DNA of 40,116 bases from a virus. Every line of letters begins with the position of its first letter. Position 1 is the first letter of the stretch. A program made the position numbers and the translations under genes. The notes under the pieces were generated by a model. That model was not told where the DNA came from. It saw only the letters and a program-made list of their open reading frames with translations, and made no database searches. The stretch spans positions 1 to 40,116 of IMG/VR virus record IMGVR_UViG_3300032132_000754, one strand, 5' to 3'. Below are positions 8,354 through 17,484 of the stretch, piece by piece.

Positions 8354-10315
8354 TTAACCCCTAAAGTATTTCAGGATGTGCTTCTTTTTAGTTACTCCAG
8401 GCCCCAAAATTGGACGTTTACTATTTTTATCAATAGTAATACCCTGTCCGACCTGCATAGTAAATCTAGCCAACTCTTCGGCTTGGTTAACTTTACCACT
8501 ATACATTTCAGAAGAGCTACCCATGGGAGCCATCAAGCCCTTGCCTTTGAGCTTGTCGAACTTAGAAGAACCTTTTCCAGCTATGACCGGAGCATTTGAG
8601 TCTGCTCCGGAACTAATGTTATTTAACGGCATAAGGCCGATATTATCCCTCATTAAGGCGCTGTTAATACCTACTAAAGTTAATGTAAGGGCCATGACCA
8701 AGTCATCGGTGTTTCCAGTACCAGGTTCGTTGCCATATCGCCCATTACCAAGATGGATGTAAATGCAACATTCATGATAAAGTCTCGTAGAACGCAATAT
8801 GTAACCATCTTCGTCGCCAACATTATCAATAAGATGTTTAATCAATACTGGCTTGGTAGAAGCAGAAGTCGGATAGCCGATTTGGTTATATTTTACCTTC
8901 AATGTAGCAGTAGTCTTACTATGGCGATAAAGGTTCGGATACATCAAATCTTTATCTAGCTCTTGAGTAACTGATTGGCCAATGCCGGTGCGCTCGCAAA
9001 CAACATGGGCATTATTGTACATCCGACCAATATAGTCAGTCATCCTAGCAAACATCTTTGGCAGCACTTTAATCTTCAGTTCTGCTACTTGACGTTGAGT
9101 AGTGGCATCGATTACTTGCAGTCCACAAAAGTCACTGGCTTCACCAGTCGAGGTGTCAGCCCCTACGACATAAGTATGTGGCTTTGAAATTTCTGTTGGA
9201 AGAGAACGCGGGTCAATGCCCTTCTTCTTAGCTGCAGAGATGGCAGCTTCGGCATCCTCCTTAGTATATGGCTTTTCCCATACCCATAGCAAATCTTGGA
9301 AATCTAATGTGAGGTGCTCATCTAAGGCAGGGTTGGAATAATCCACCATGCCGATTGTGGTGTATTCATCGCTAGTTACCAAATTGATTTGGGCTAAAGC
9401 TTTCCTGCTCAGTACAGTATCACCAGATCCGATAAATTCGGCTAAAACTTCTTGACGGAATTTACTATCATCGCCTTTGGTGGCGAGGTTACGATACTCA
9501 CCCTCTAACCACGGACTCCAAAAAGTCTTACCAGTAGGACCAGGGCCATATTTCTCGACCTCACGAGGATCGATAAGTTCTTTTAATTCTCTGGTCGGAG
9601 CAATGATAGTCTTCAGTCCGTTGAGTTCATCCTCGAACTCAAGTTTCCAGTCCATATCCCACCAATTAATGATGATAGGATTGAAGTCATTGGCCTTATC
9701 AACAGCCCCGGCCCAAGTTTTCCAGTACCAGTTTCCAACACCTTTAGGGGTTGAAACAATGATTACTGATCCACCGTGTTGTAGTGTTGACCAACCACCA
9801 GCCCACATATCCTCCATGCGATCAATGAATGCGGCTTCATCAATAATATTCAATGATGAAGCGTTCGATCGTAGAGTGTCGGGACTAGAGGTTAGACTCT
9901 TAATACTTGATCCGTTGGTGAAGCTAAGTGTGTGCTCGTTCATCGTATCCGGCTTCCACAACTCTTTCATCCATGACGGAAGATTATTGTAGGCGAATTT
10001 GACGTTACGAGCTAAGTATTCTTTAGCGTCATCATCTCGTTTTGAAACAATTAGAACAGTCTTATCGTTATAAAACATTGCGTACCACAATGCAAACGAA
10101 CCTGTTAGAGTTGAAATGCCACACTGCCGACATTTCTTGAACACGTTAAAACGCTTATTCATGAAATGTCGGAGACATTTTTTCTGATACGAGAATAGTT
10201 TAAAAGGAAGGATTCCCAGCTTAGGATGCTTTACTTTGCAGAAATTATCAATAAAAAATGACGGGCTCTTTTGGCACCGTTTGATAATCTGAGCAATTAC
10301 TGGGTCTATCGGCAT
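8354..10315 (-). CDS. gp17: Terminase large subunit (T4 gp17-like)
   Basis: Walker A variant KCRQCGIST, Walker B LNIIDEAAF, coupling motif VSTPKG, nuclease VGADTSTG and DDLVMAL. Confidence 0.96.
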   Translation of the reverse strand: MPIDPVIAQIIKRCQKSPSFFIDNFCKVKHPKLGILPFKLFSYQKKCLRHFMNKRFNVFKKCRQCGISTLTGSFALWYAMFYNDKTVLIVSKRDDDAKEYLARNVKFAYNNLPSWMKELWKPDTMNEHTLSFTNGSSIKSLTSSPDTLRSNASSLNIIDEAAFIDRMEDMWAGGWSTLQHGGSVIIVSTPKGVGNWYWKTWAGAVDKANDFNPIIINWWDMDWKLEFEDELNGLKTIIAPTRELKELIDPREVEKYGPGPTGKTFWSPWLEGEYRNLATKGDDSKFRQEVLAEFIGSGDTVLSRKALAQINLVTSDEYTTIGMVDYSNPALDEHLTLDFQDLLWVWEKPYTKEDAEAAISAAKKKGIDPRSLPTEISKPHTYVVGADTSTGEASDFCGLQVIDATTQRQVAELKIKVLPKMFARMTDYIGRMYNNAHVVCERTGIGQSVTQELDKDLMYPNLYRHSKTTATLKVKYNQIGYPTSASTKPVLIKHLIDNVGDEDGYILRSTRLYHECCIYIHLGNGRYGNEPGTGNTDDLVMALTLTLVGINSALMRDNIGLMPLNNISSGADSNAPVIAGKGSSKFDKLKGKGLMAPMGSSSEMYSGKVNQAEELARFTMQVGQGITIDKNSKRPILGPGVTKKKHILKYFRG

Positions 10316-10320
10316 AATGA

Positions 10321-10350
10321 TCCTAATTTATATTTACTTATAAATTAGGA
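10321..10350 (-). promoter_or_regulatory. Perfect 12-bp hairpin containing late promoter TAAATATA (10336-10329) and the terL SD
   Basis: tcctaatttata-tttact-tataaattagga. Confidence 0.7.
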
Positions 10351-10353
10351 AAA

Positions 10354-10947
10354 TTACTTCTCTGTTTCGTCGTCGTATTGCTCGGTCTTCAACAGCTCGG
10401 CTAATTGACTAGCATCGAAACTCATGTTGACTTGATTAAAGACCTCATTGCCCTTACTGGCAGACATCAATTTCGGAATAGACTCTAATGCTTTAATAGC
10501 AGTTTGAGCAATTTCGTTTTTTACACGTACCGCATCAGCAACTTTCTCAAGATAAATCCTAGGAACTTTTCCGCCATTCATAATGACACCCATAAAAGCG
10601 TCAATTACTTCTTGGGCTTGCACACGGTCGTGTTGATAATTTTCAATAATGTCGTTGAAAATATGGTTGTATTGCTTAAAGATTTGGGTGAATTGTTTAT
10701 TGAAAATTTCTGGTAAATTTTCTGGCTCGGCCTTTACTATAGAGACGTCTGCTTTTTCTTCTTCCAGCAGCATAGACAGCATTGGGGCTGGTTTAGGTCG
10801 ACGAGGAGTGGGAGGAACTTCGATGACTTCCTTCTTTTTCCCGCCGCCACTTTTGCTACCCTTTTTGGATAGAGGCTCAGTCTCAGACAATTCTTCTAAC
10901 AACGCCTTTAATTCATCTGGGTTATTCGATGCTTTATCTTTATCCAT
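10354..10947 (-). CDS. Hypothetical protein, candidate terminase small subunit
   Basis: 197 aa, helical, immediately upstream of TerL; assignment positional only. Confidence 0.4.
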   Translation of the reverse strand: MDKDKASNNPDELKALLEELSETEPLSKKGSKSGGGKKKEVIEVPPTPRRPKPAPMLSMLLEEEKADVSIVKAEPENLPEIFNKQFTQIFKQYNHIFNDIIENYQHDRVQAQEVIDAFMGVIMNGGKVPRIYLEKVADAVRVKNEIAQTAIKALESIPKLMSASKGNEVFNQVNMSFDASQLAELLKTEQYDDETEK

Positions 10948-11725
10948 TTATCAGCCTTAACACGCTGTCGATCCTAGCCTGAGCATCAGAACTGTGGTGT
11001 TTATTTAGAATTTCGGCTGCCTCAAAAATCAAGTCGTATCCCTCGCCCTTAACTTTTTCGCTAGTTCTCATTTCTAATAGAGTAGTACGAATAGCGTCTT
11101 TGTGCTCCATGTCGCTAACAAATGATTCATTAAGTGTTTTATTCTTAATATGATCTAGAAGTTGAAAACATTCAATTTCAATCTTTGTTTTTTCTGGTTT
11201 CTCTGGCTTACTCTTAGCCAAAGGCTGGCCGTAGTTATTTCGCCTGCCGCCGTCTAGTGCCATTTTATTGCCAACACGTTTCTCCACAGATCCACCTTTA
11301 GACAATTTATCTTTGGGGTTTCCAGTAGCTGAATCACCTTTATTGCGAAATGCTCGGTCTCCAGTTTTTGGCACCGGACCTGCAGCTTTACGATTTAATT
11401 TGCTAACGATTTTCTCTACTCTACCACCCTCATGATTTATTCCTGGCAAGGCAGCTTCTTCAACAGATTGTCTGTTGTCGGTCATCGTCGGCTCAATGAC
11501 TAAATGTTTTAATCTCGCATCGTCATATTCAGCTCTAACTTTAAAGGTGATAGGTTGGCCACGAGATTGCTTAGTAGGGACGAAAACCGCTTTATCCGCT
11601 AAAGGAACCTTATCTTTCAGGCTTTTTACGAGTTCTGCATCAACTATAGCGAACTCCCCCGAATCGAAAGTAATTTCCTTCTCAAAATCTTCGTCTTCTA
11701 TATGCAAATCAGTCATCATCGCCAT
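10940..11725 (-). CDS. Hypothetical protein
   Basis: 261 aa ORF overlapping both neighbours; basic disordered centre with GGRVEK/GGSVEK duplication. Confidence 0.7.
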   Translation of the reverse strand: MAMMTDLHIEDEDFEKEITFDSGEFAIVDAELVKSLKDKVPLADKAVFVPTKQSRGQPITFKVRAEYDDARLKHLVIEPTMTDNRQSVEEAALPGINHEGGRVEKIVSKLNRKAAGPVPKTGDRAFRNKGDSATGNPKDKLSKGGSVEKRVGNKMALDGGRRNNYGQPLAKSKPEKPEKTKIEIECFQLLDHIKNKTLNESFVSDMEHKDAIRTTLLEMRTSEKVKGEGYDLIFEAAEILNKHHSSDAQARIDSVLRLING

Positions 11726-12518
11726 CGTAATTCGAGCGCATTACTCTATGTTTATTTTCGGGCTGAAATTCTTCTTTATTAACAGGAGCATCAGAAAATT
11801 CAAAACTCCTAAGACGAATGTTCCGAATAAACCCAGAGATTTTAGCTCGTGAATGGCCAGTCTTCTTGACCAATTTATCAATCATCCCATCATGTGGTTT
11901 ATCATCTTCATAATATAACTCTTTAAGAGCATTTAAAATGTCCATGTGGACAGTATTAAATTGGCACACTTTGCCAGCTTCTTCAGTAAACCTGTCGAAT
12001 TTGAAATTAGTCCTAGATCCTTTAGAATCTAAGTGTTCTTTATAAGCCCCATAGTTTCGTTTATCCCTAGATTCTTTTTTAATATGGGCAAGCATAACTG
12101 TTTTGGCTACTTGAGACCACATATTGAAAACTTTAGTATGTCCTGGGCTATAATCGAACTTATAAAGACTACTTTCAATCTGGCACCAGGCCAATTGGTA
12201 TAAATCACCGAAAGCCGTGCCTTCACGACCATTGGTTAATGTATGTAGTTTATGAGTTCGAATGATCTGGCGAATCAGCTCAGATGCATTCGCCATGATC
12301 TCATCTCTGAGATCTTTAATCGTACAACCACTCTTAACATATTCAGTTAACAGTGACTCTACATAACCATTATCAAAATAGTAGTTTTTAGGAAGGTTTG
12401 GATTATGAGGTCTTTTGGGGTGAGACAGAGTGATTTGATCACTCTCCAAGAACTTTACCTTCTTGGCAGGCTTAAATCGATCTCCACCGCTTACTTCATC
12501 CTGATCACGTTTTGCCAT
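11709..12518 (-). CDS. gp55: Late-transcription sigma factor (T4 gp55-like)
   Basis: NYYFDN near the N-terminus and KFDYSPGHTKVFNMWSQVAKTVMLAHIKKE resemble the gp55 sigma region 2 pattern (NFD...AYITQ...QRIKKE); start at 12518 (MAKRDQ) supported by SD GGAGG. Confidence 0.72.
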   Translation of the reverse strand: MAKRDQDEVSGGDRFKPAKKVKFLESDQITLSHPKRPHNPNLPKNYYFDNGYVESLLTEYVKSGCTIKDLRDEIMANASELIRQIIRTHKLHTLTNGREGTAFGDLYQLAWCQIESSLYKFDYSPGHTKVFNMWSQVAKTVMLAHIKKESRDKRNYGAYKEHLDSKGSRTNFKFDRFTEEAGKVCQFNTVHMDILNALKELYYEDDKPHDGMIDKLVKKTGHSRAKISGFIRNIRLRSFEFSDAPVNKEEFQPENKHRVMRSNYDGDDD

Positions 12519-12565
12519 AAATTTCCTCCGCAATATATGTACTTTCTATATTTGCAGAATTTATG
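12516..12565 (-). promoter_or_regulatory. Hairpin with promoter CAAATATA (12554-12547) masking SD and AUG of the sigma gene
   Basis: CATAAATT pairs with AATTTATG; CTGCAAATATA pairs with TATATTGCGG (one bulge, one G:U). Confidence 0.62.
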
Positions 12566-12567
12566 TC

Positions 12568-14082
12568 TTATTTAGGCAGACGAAATCTTCTCCTAACGAA
12601 TTCAGCGCCATCAATCGTTTTGCCAGCAACCACAACCTTAACATTATACCCCATATCAAGCATGCTTTTTAATTGTTCTTTGCTATGCTTATACAGATAA
12701 TAATTATCTAAGTGTAAGAAGAAAAACAGACGCGCAAAACCCCGATCATTCTTTCTAACTGATCGGCCAACCTTCTGGTCGAAATCTGACCACAATTTAC
12801 CGCCACCGCAGATGATCAGATTGTGAACTCCACCTTTAATGTCTAATCCACGTTTCAGAATCTTACCACCAATAAGACATTTTAGCTCATTATCGGTAAA
12901 CGCTTTTAATGCGACTTGTCTCTTCTTATTTGATGTCTTGCCATAGATAAAGACAGAATCTGGAATTTTCTCTTCTAGAGCTTTCCCAAGGTCAACAACA
13001 TTGTGAGTATCGACTAAAATCATGGTACGATCTTCTGGGAAAGCATCTACGATTCTTTTCACTTTTTGGTGATAAACATCGTTTTCAATTACTAGCTCAC
13101 GTTGGGCGATATCATAGGCAGTTCTATCATGTTTATCGCCTTTTTCTCCAATAGCAACCATTGTGCCGTGGACAGGAATGATAGCGCCAGCTTTTTCAAC
13201 TTCTTTCCTAGGAATTTCATAAATAATGGATCCTGTATGCTCCTTCAAGATTAGAGCCTCTACGGGTTTTGCTTTGTCGAATGGAGTTCCACTAAATCCG
13301 TACTTATACCGACCTGTAAAATATTTCATATATAATTGACGAAATCTTTTATCAGCCGCTTTATCAACTTCGTCTACTAGAAGCAGTTTTGAATGTTTTA
13401 CAATTTCTTGGAAAACTTTAGCATTATCCCTTCGTTTCTTCCATTGCTGATAATTCTTGCGTTTTAAAGAAGCAGGAGGAGACGATAACGATTGAATAGA
13501 CCCAACGACTACAGTTTGTCCATTAGGTCTAGCACCTCCATAAAAAAGACCAACATTGCCGGTACCACTGTCTACAACGTCGCGAAGTTCTAGTCTTTCC
13601 TTGATTTGTTCAATAATGATCCGTTGATCTGCGAAAATTACAGTAGAAACATTAAAAGCCTTTGTAACCGCCGCCATTAGCTCGGTTTTGCCACCTCCAG
13701 TTGGAACAGAAATAATGCCGACTTCGTTCCTATCAGGATGCATAGTATGCAAAGCTTCCATCTGGTATGGATATAATGTGATCCCAGGCAACATATCATC
13801 GCTATATTGTGGGTCTATAGTATTCGGCTCACGACGGTCATCAATTTGAAGCGGCCAACCGTGCTTTTTAGCTAGAATTTTTAATTCTTGTAGGAGTGGC
13901 CTTGCTAAACGGCTGTTGCGCTCATCATATTTGCGGAACCAACCATCCCACCTTTGTTGCGAAATGTCGATAAATTGTGCTCTAGGATGACGTTCACTAA
14001 AGTGGTCAATGATAGCTGGCTCAATAATACCAACTACTTGATTGATATAAACCCACTTGTTGTCTGCGATGATAGCTTGCAT
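12568..14082 (-). CDS. uvsW: SF2 DNA helicase (UvsW-like)
   Basis: 504 aa; PTGGGKT, LVDEVD, GFSGTP, RGLDI, QKVGRSVR. Confidence 0.9.
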   Translation of the reverse strand: MQAIIADNKWVYINQVVGIIEPAIIDHFSERHPRAQFIDISQQRWDGWFRKYDERNSRLARPLLQELKILAKKHGWPLQIDDRREPNTIDPQYSDDMLPGITLYPYQMEALHTMHPDRNEVGIISVPTGGGKTELMAAVTKAFNVSTVIFADQRIIIEQIKERLELRDVVDSGTGNVGLFYGGARPNGQTVVVGSIQSLSSPPASLKRKNYQQWKKRRDNAKVFQEIVKHSKLLLVDEVDKAADKRFRQLYMKYFTGRYKYGFSGTPFDKAKPVEALILKEHTGSIIYEIPRKEVEKAGAIIPVHGTMVAIGEKGDKHDRTAYDIAQRELVIENDVYHQKVKRIVDAFPEDRTMILVDTHNVVDLGKALEEKIPDSVFIYGKTSNKKRQVALKAFTDNELKCLIGGKILKRGLDIKGGVHNLIICGGGKLWSDFDQKVGRSVRKNDRGFARLFFFLHLDNYYLYKHSKEQLKSMLDMGYNVKVVVAGKTIDGAEFVRRRFRLPK

Positions 14083-14089
14083 AGCTTTA

Positions 14090-14097
14090 AAATACTA
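14090..14097 (-). promoter_or_regulatory. TAGTATTT motif 7 nt before the helicase ATG
   Basis: Same motif and spacing as at the primase. Confidence 0.4.
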
Positions 14098-14099
14098 CG

Positions 14100-14402
14100 C
14101 TATAATTGTAATTGCCCAGCACTGGTATAAGAACCAATCCGAATCTGATTGCTATTATCATCTATCACTAACTCGCCTAAATTATTAGAACAAGTGATTT
14201 GAATGTCATTGGGAGGTGTGGTATTCGGACCAATCCAAATTCCGTTCGGATTAATTGGTGGATAATACGGCAAAGGTTGGATTGGGGCTGGGGCGGCAAC
14301 AGGACGATCTGCGAGTTTCTTAGCTAGTTCCCTAAGAAACTCTACTTCGTCGCGTAGATCTTGGTTTTCTTGTTCTAATTGTTCTTTAGTTTTTTTAGAC
14401 AT
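14100..14402 (-). CDS. Hypothetical protein (N-terminal coiled coil, Pro-rich)
   Basis: Likely start ATG 14402 (MSKKTKE) with SD AGGA just after the RNR stop; 100 aa. Confidence 0.65.
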   Translation of the reverse strand: MSKKTKEQLEQENQDLRDEVEFLRELAKKLADRPVAAPAPIQPLPYYPPINPNGIWIGPNTTPPNDIQITCSNNLGELVIDDNSNQIRIGSYTSAGQLQL

Positions 14403-14410
14403 TTTAATTC

Positions 14411-16516
14411 CTAAAATTCGCAAGATCCCCCGGCGCAAGCAACAGTCTCTCTAAGAGATGTGTTATCGGTGGTTTCTTCGAATGTTGTCCAATCTATTTT
14501 TTGAAAGCTATTAACTAAATTGTTCCATTTTTTAATATCTTCGTCTGTAACAATTTGTTCGTTAGGAGCCTGTTCATAGATTTTATCGCCAGATTTTGGC
14601 AACAAAGCAATGCCAGAGAAAATATGTCTATTGTCGTAGATGTACTTTACAACATCATCCCATTCATGTTCAGCCACGGAAACAGTATTACTAACATTAT
14701 GTGTTAATCCTGGGCTAGAATTTGGATCTGCAGTACCAGGAACCACCCAGTTTTCATATGTCTTTCTAACAATTTTCAAAAGATCCAAAGCGTTAAGATC
14801 GTCTTTGATAATGGCCTGGTCAGAAACTTCAATACAGAAAGTGATGACTTCATCACCAACTCCCCACACAGATTTTTCGACCGCTTGCGGGTTATGTAAT
14901 TTGAAAAAATGCAATGGCATCTGAACAACGTTTTGTTGCATTCGTCGGAAATAACGACGAGCGTGATGCGGGTGAATGCCAGAACTAGTGCCAAAAATCA
15001 ACGATGTACTACCCGCAGGCTTAGTACAAGTGACCCTGGCTGCAGCTTCAATGCCAATTTGTTCAGCATAATGGCGATTTACTTCAACGGCGTACTCTGC
15101 CATCTCTCGTTGTGTATCTTGGTTTAATAATAGATCGGGGTTTTCCATCCACCCAGTGACAGAAACGCCTAACAACCGCTCTCTACGAATGATCCGACGC
15201 GATACGTCGGTAAGATAATGGAAATAACTGAATCCCGCTTGTAATGTTCCAATAATGGTAGCTGCTTTAACTGCATTGCGGAAGTCTTCCTTAGAAAAGA
15301 TGGCTCCGCCATTTATCTCTGTAAGATTGCAGACCTGCCAACCCGATTCATTAGTAAGAGGGTCGACAGGATTTAAACCAATTTCGACACAAGGATTATA
15401 ACCATAATTCAAATCGTCTAAAAAGACAAATCCGGGTTCGCCATATTTGCGAGAATTAGAAATTATATCTTGGAATTGTGGCAAAGAACATTGGTCGCGT
15501 AGCAGTGCAACGCTGTTATTGCTACGCGCTCTCCAAGGCATGATGTTTTTCCAATATAGGAAAACATCATCACCTTTGGTGGGTTCTTCTGTCTTGCTAC
15601 CAGTACGCTTTAGATCCCAAGCAACAACAGCTCCCTCACCATAATCAACCAGCCAAGTGTCGTCTTTACGCTTATTAGAAAGAACTTTTACGTTCTGAGC
15701 AGAGAATGTCTTGGCAGCCATCATCTCTTCGTCGTCATGCGAGAAGATTGAAATTGTAGCTGATCGACGAATGCCGCCTGATAACACTGCATCAGCAGCC
15801 ATCATAATAATGTCGTAAACTTGAATTGGACGAAGCTTGGATTGTCCAGCTTCGACAGCTTCACGCAATGCACGCTTGATTCGTTTTAGTGCTGTTCTTA
15901 GAGGAGCAGCCCCAGGGGCGCGACCTCCACTGGTTTTCAACCACGATCCCTTACGGCGGATCTTTGTAAAATCGAAGAATACTTCGCGGCCCGAATTTGG
16001 TGTGCCAACTAGATAAGTCGACATTAGAACGTCTAATGAATCAGCCCATCCTTCAATTGTGTCACCAACAGTGTAAGTGAACACTTCTTTTTCATCTGGG
16101 CTTTTGTGTTTAATAAGTTTTGGCAATTTTGCCACATGCTGCTTTTGTACGCTAAATCCGACACCTACCCCGGATAACAACATCCATAGCGCTTCGCTAA
16201 AAAATCGAGGACGATCCGCGTGAGTATACGCGCAGTTATACATGCGCGCGTCATTCTGCAGGATGGCTTCTCCGCCAAATTGCATTGACCTCATAGAAGG
16301 AAGGACTTTTTTGTCCCTTACTTGCTCGAACGCCCAACGAATGTCTTCGTCAATGCCACGAGTTCCATATCTCTGAAGATGCATGTCTCGGACGCGGTCA
16401 ATGGCCTCGTCCCAGGTCTCTCGTCTTTTCTTTTTCTGGTCATATCGTGAGTATTTGGTGATGAAAATATATTCGCTAATAGCGTCAAGTTGATTAGATG
16501 GCAATAGTTTACCCAT
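14411..16516 (-). CDS. nrdJ: Class II adenosylcobalamin-dependent ribonucleotide reductase (monomeric RTPR-type)
   Basis: KYSRY..RETW, PSMRSMQFGG, YNCAY, GGIRRSA, NPCVEI, CNLTEIN, TCTKPAGSTS, C-terminal ACAGGSCEF; no nrdB in the window. Confidence 0.92.
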   Translation of the reverse strand: MGKLLPSNQLDAISEYIFITKYSRYDQKKKRRETWDEAIDRVRDMHLQRYGTRGIDEDIRWAFEQVRDKKVLPSMRSMQFGGEAILQNDARMYNCAYTHADRPRFFSEALWMLLSGVGVGFSVQKQHVAKLPKLIKHKSPDEKEVFTYTVGDTIEGWADSLDVLMSTYLVGTPNSGREVFFDFTKIRRKGSWLKTSGGRAPGAAPLRTALKRIKRALREAVEAGQSKLRPIQVYDIIMMAADAVLSGGIRRSATISIFSHDDEEMMAAKTFSAQNVKVLSNKRKDDTWLVDYGEGAVVAWDLKRTGSKTEEPTKGDDVFLYWKNIMPWRARSNNSVALLRDQCSLPQFQDIISNSRKYGEPGFVFLDDLNYGYNPCVEIGLNPVDPLTNESGWQVCNLTEINGGAIFSKEDFRNAVKAATIIGTLQAGFSYFHYLTDVSRRIIRRERLLGVSVTGWMENPDLLLNQDTQREMAEYAVEVNRHYAEQIGIEAAARVTCTKPAGSTSLIFGTSSGIHPHHARRYFRRMQQNVVQMPLHFFKLHNPQAVEKSVWGVGDEVITFCIEVSDQAIIKDDLNALDLLKIVRKTYENWVVPGTADPNSSPGLTHNVSNTVSVAEHEWDDVVKYIYDNRHIFSGIALLPKSGDKIYEQAPNEQIVTDEDIKKWNNLVNSFQKIDWTTFEETTDNTSLRETVACAGGSCEF

Positions 16517-16537
16517 GAAGAGATTTCCTCGAAGTCT

Positions 16538-17203
16538 TTATTTAGTCGTAGGTGGAATGCGAAGATCAGAACCCATCACAGATTTTAGCTGTGGTAATAG
16601 ATCTTTAGTAACGGTGTGAGTGCAAATTCGCAACATTTCAAATCGGGATGGCAGTTCAGATCTCTCATCTTCTGGTAACTTAGACATCGTTCTGACACAC
16701 ATCTTACTTAATGCAAGATAAACTTCTGATAAACGGCCCAGGTTGTACCAATGTACAATCTTGGTGCTGCCACCTGATTTGACGGGTTCTAGTAAAGTAC
16801 GAACAAGGATATTTTTGTCAGCCACCTGACTATACAAAAATTCGCGGCTGGAACGCAACTCTTCAATTAGAGAAGCCTCATCTGCTGCAAGATTTTCTAA
16901 GCTCTTGCAGCAGATATCTACGATATTGTTCATGCATAGCAGTTGAGTGCCTTTATTAAGCAATTTTCTCTGCTTAGCATAATCAACAATGTCGAATACT
17001 AAGATTCTGATAAAGGATTCATTTAACTCCAACTCATTATAACATTTCTGGGTGAAGCTTTTGGTCCACCGGAATTGATACGTTTTCGTCTTGTCAGAAC
17101 ATCTTGGGAATTTAATTCGTCTTCCAGCTTTGCCCATGGCTTGCTGGAACATTAAATAGACAGTAAATACCTTAGTATCGGTGATTTCACACATTTCAAG
17201 CAT
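16538..17203 (-). CDS. Hypothetical protein, possible gp59-like helicase loader
   Basis: 221 aa; N-terminal VFTVYLMFQQAM and IVHWYNLGRLSEVYL loosely echo T4 gp59 segments; similar length. Confidence 0.4.
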   Translation of the reverse strand: MLEMCEITDTKVFTVYLMFQQAMGKAGRRIKFPRCSDKTKTYQFRWTKSFTQKCYNELELNESFIRILVFDIVDYAKQRKLLNKGTQLLCMNNIVDICCKSLENLAADEASLIEELRSSREFLYSQVADKNILVRTLLEPVKSGGSTKIVHWYNLGRLSEVYLALSKMCVRTMSKLPEDERSELPSRFEMLRICTHTVTKDLLPQLKSVMGSDLRIPPTTK

Positions 17204-17226
17204 ACGATCTTACATACGAGGCGAAA

Positions 17227-17484
17227 ATGAGCGAGCAAGAGTTAGACCGACCAACTGACGAATTACAAGAAGGTCCGAGTGACGAATTTGAAGAAGTCAG
17301 ATCCAAAATTGAAGAATTCCTTAATGACGATAGAGTTAAGATCGCCACAGTAGTTTTCTCGATGGGGGACAATGAGAGCCCGCATGTTCTCAGAAAAGGG
17401 CACTTTTACGACAACGCAGCTCTGTTAAATACAACGCTAGATGCATATCGTGCTAAAGCGGCGGTCGAACTAGGTATTAATTAA
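17227..17484 (+). CDS. Small acidic hypothetical protein
   Basis: 85 aa filling the gap between minus-strand genes; SD GAGG 5 nt upstream; converges with the gp6-like gene. Confidence 0.75.
   Translation: MSEQELDRPTDELQEGPSDEFEEVRSKIEEFLNDDRVKIATVVFSMGDNESPHVLRKGHFYDNAALLNTTLDAYRAKAAVELGIN

Noticed and set aside
8354-16516. Inteins or introns in terminase, helicase or RNR
   Set aside because: ORFs are continuous and near normal size; inserts lack C/S..HN termini and LAGLIDADG motifs
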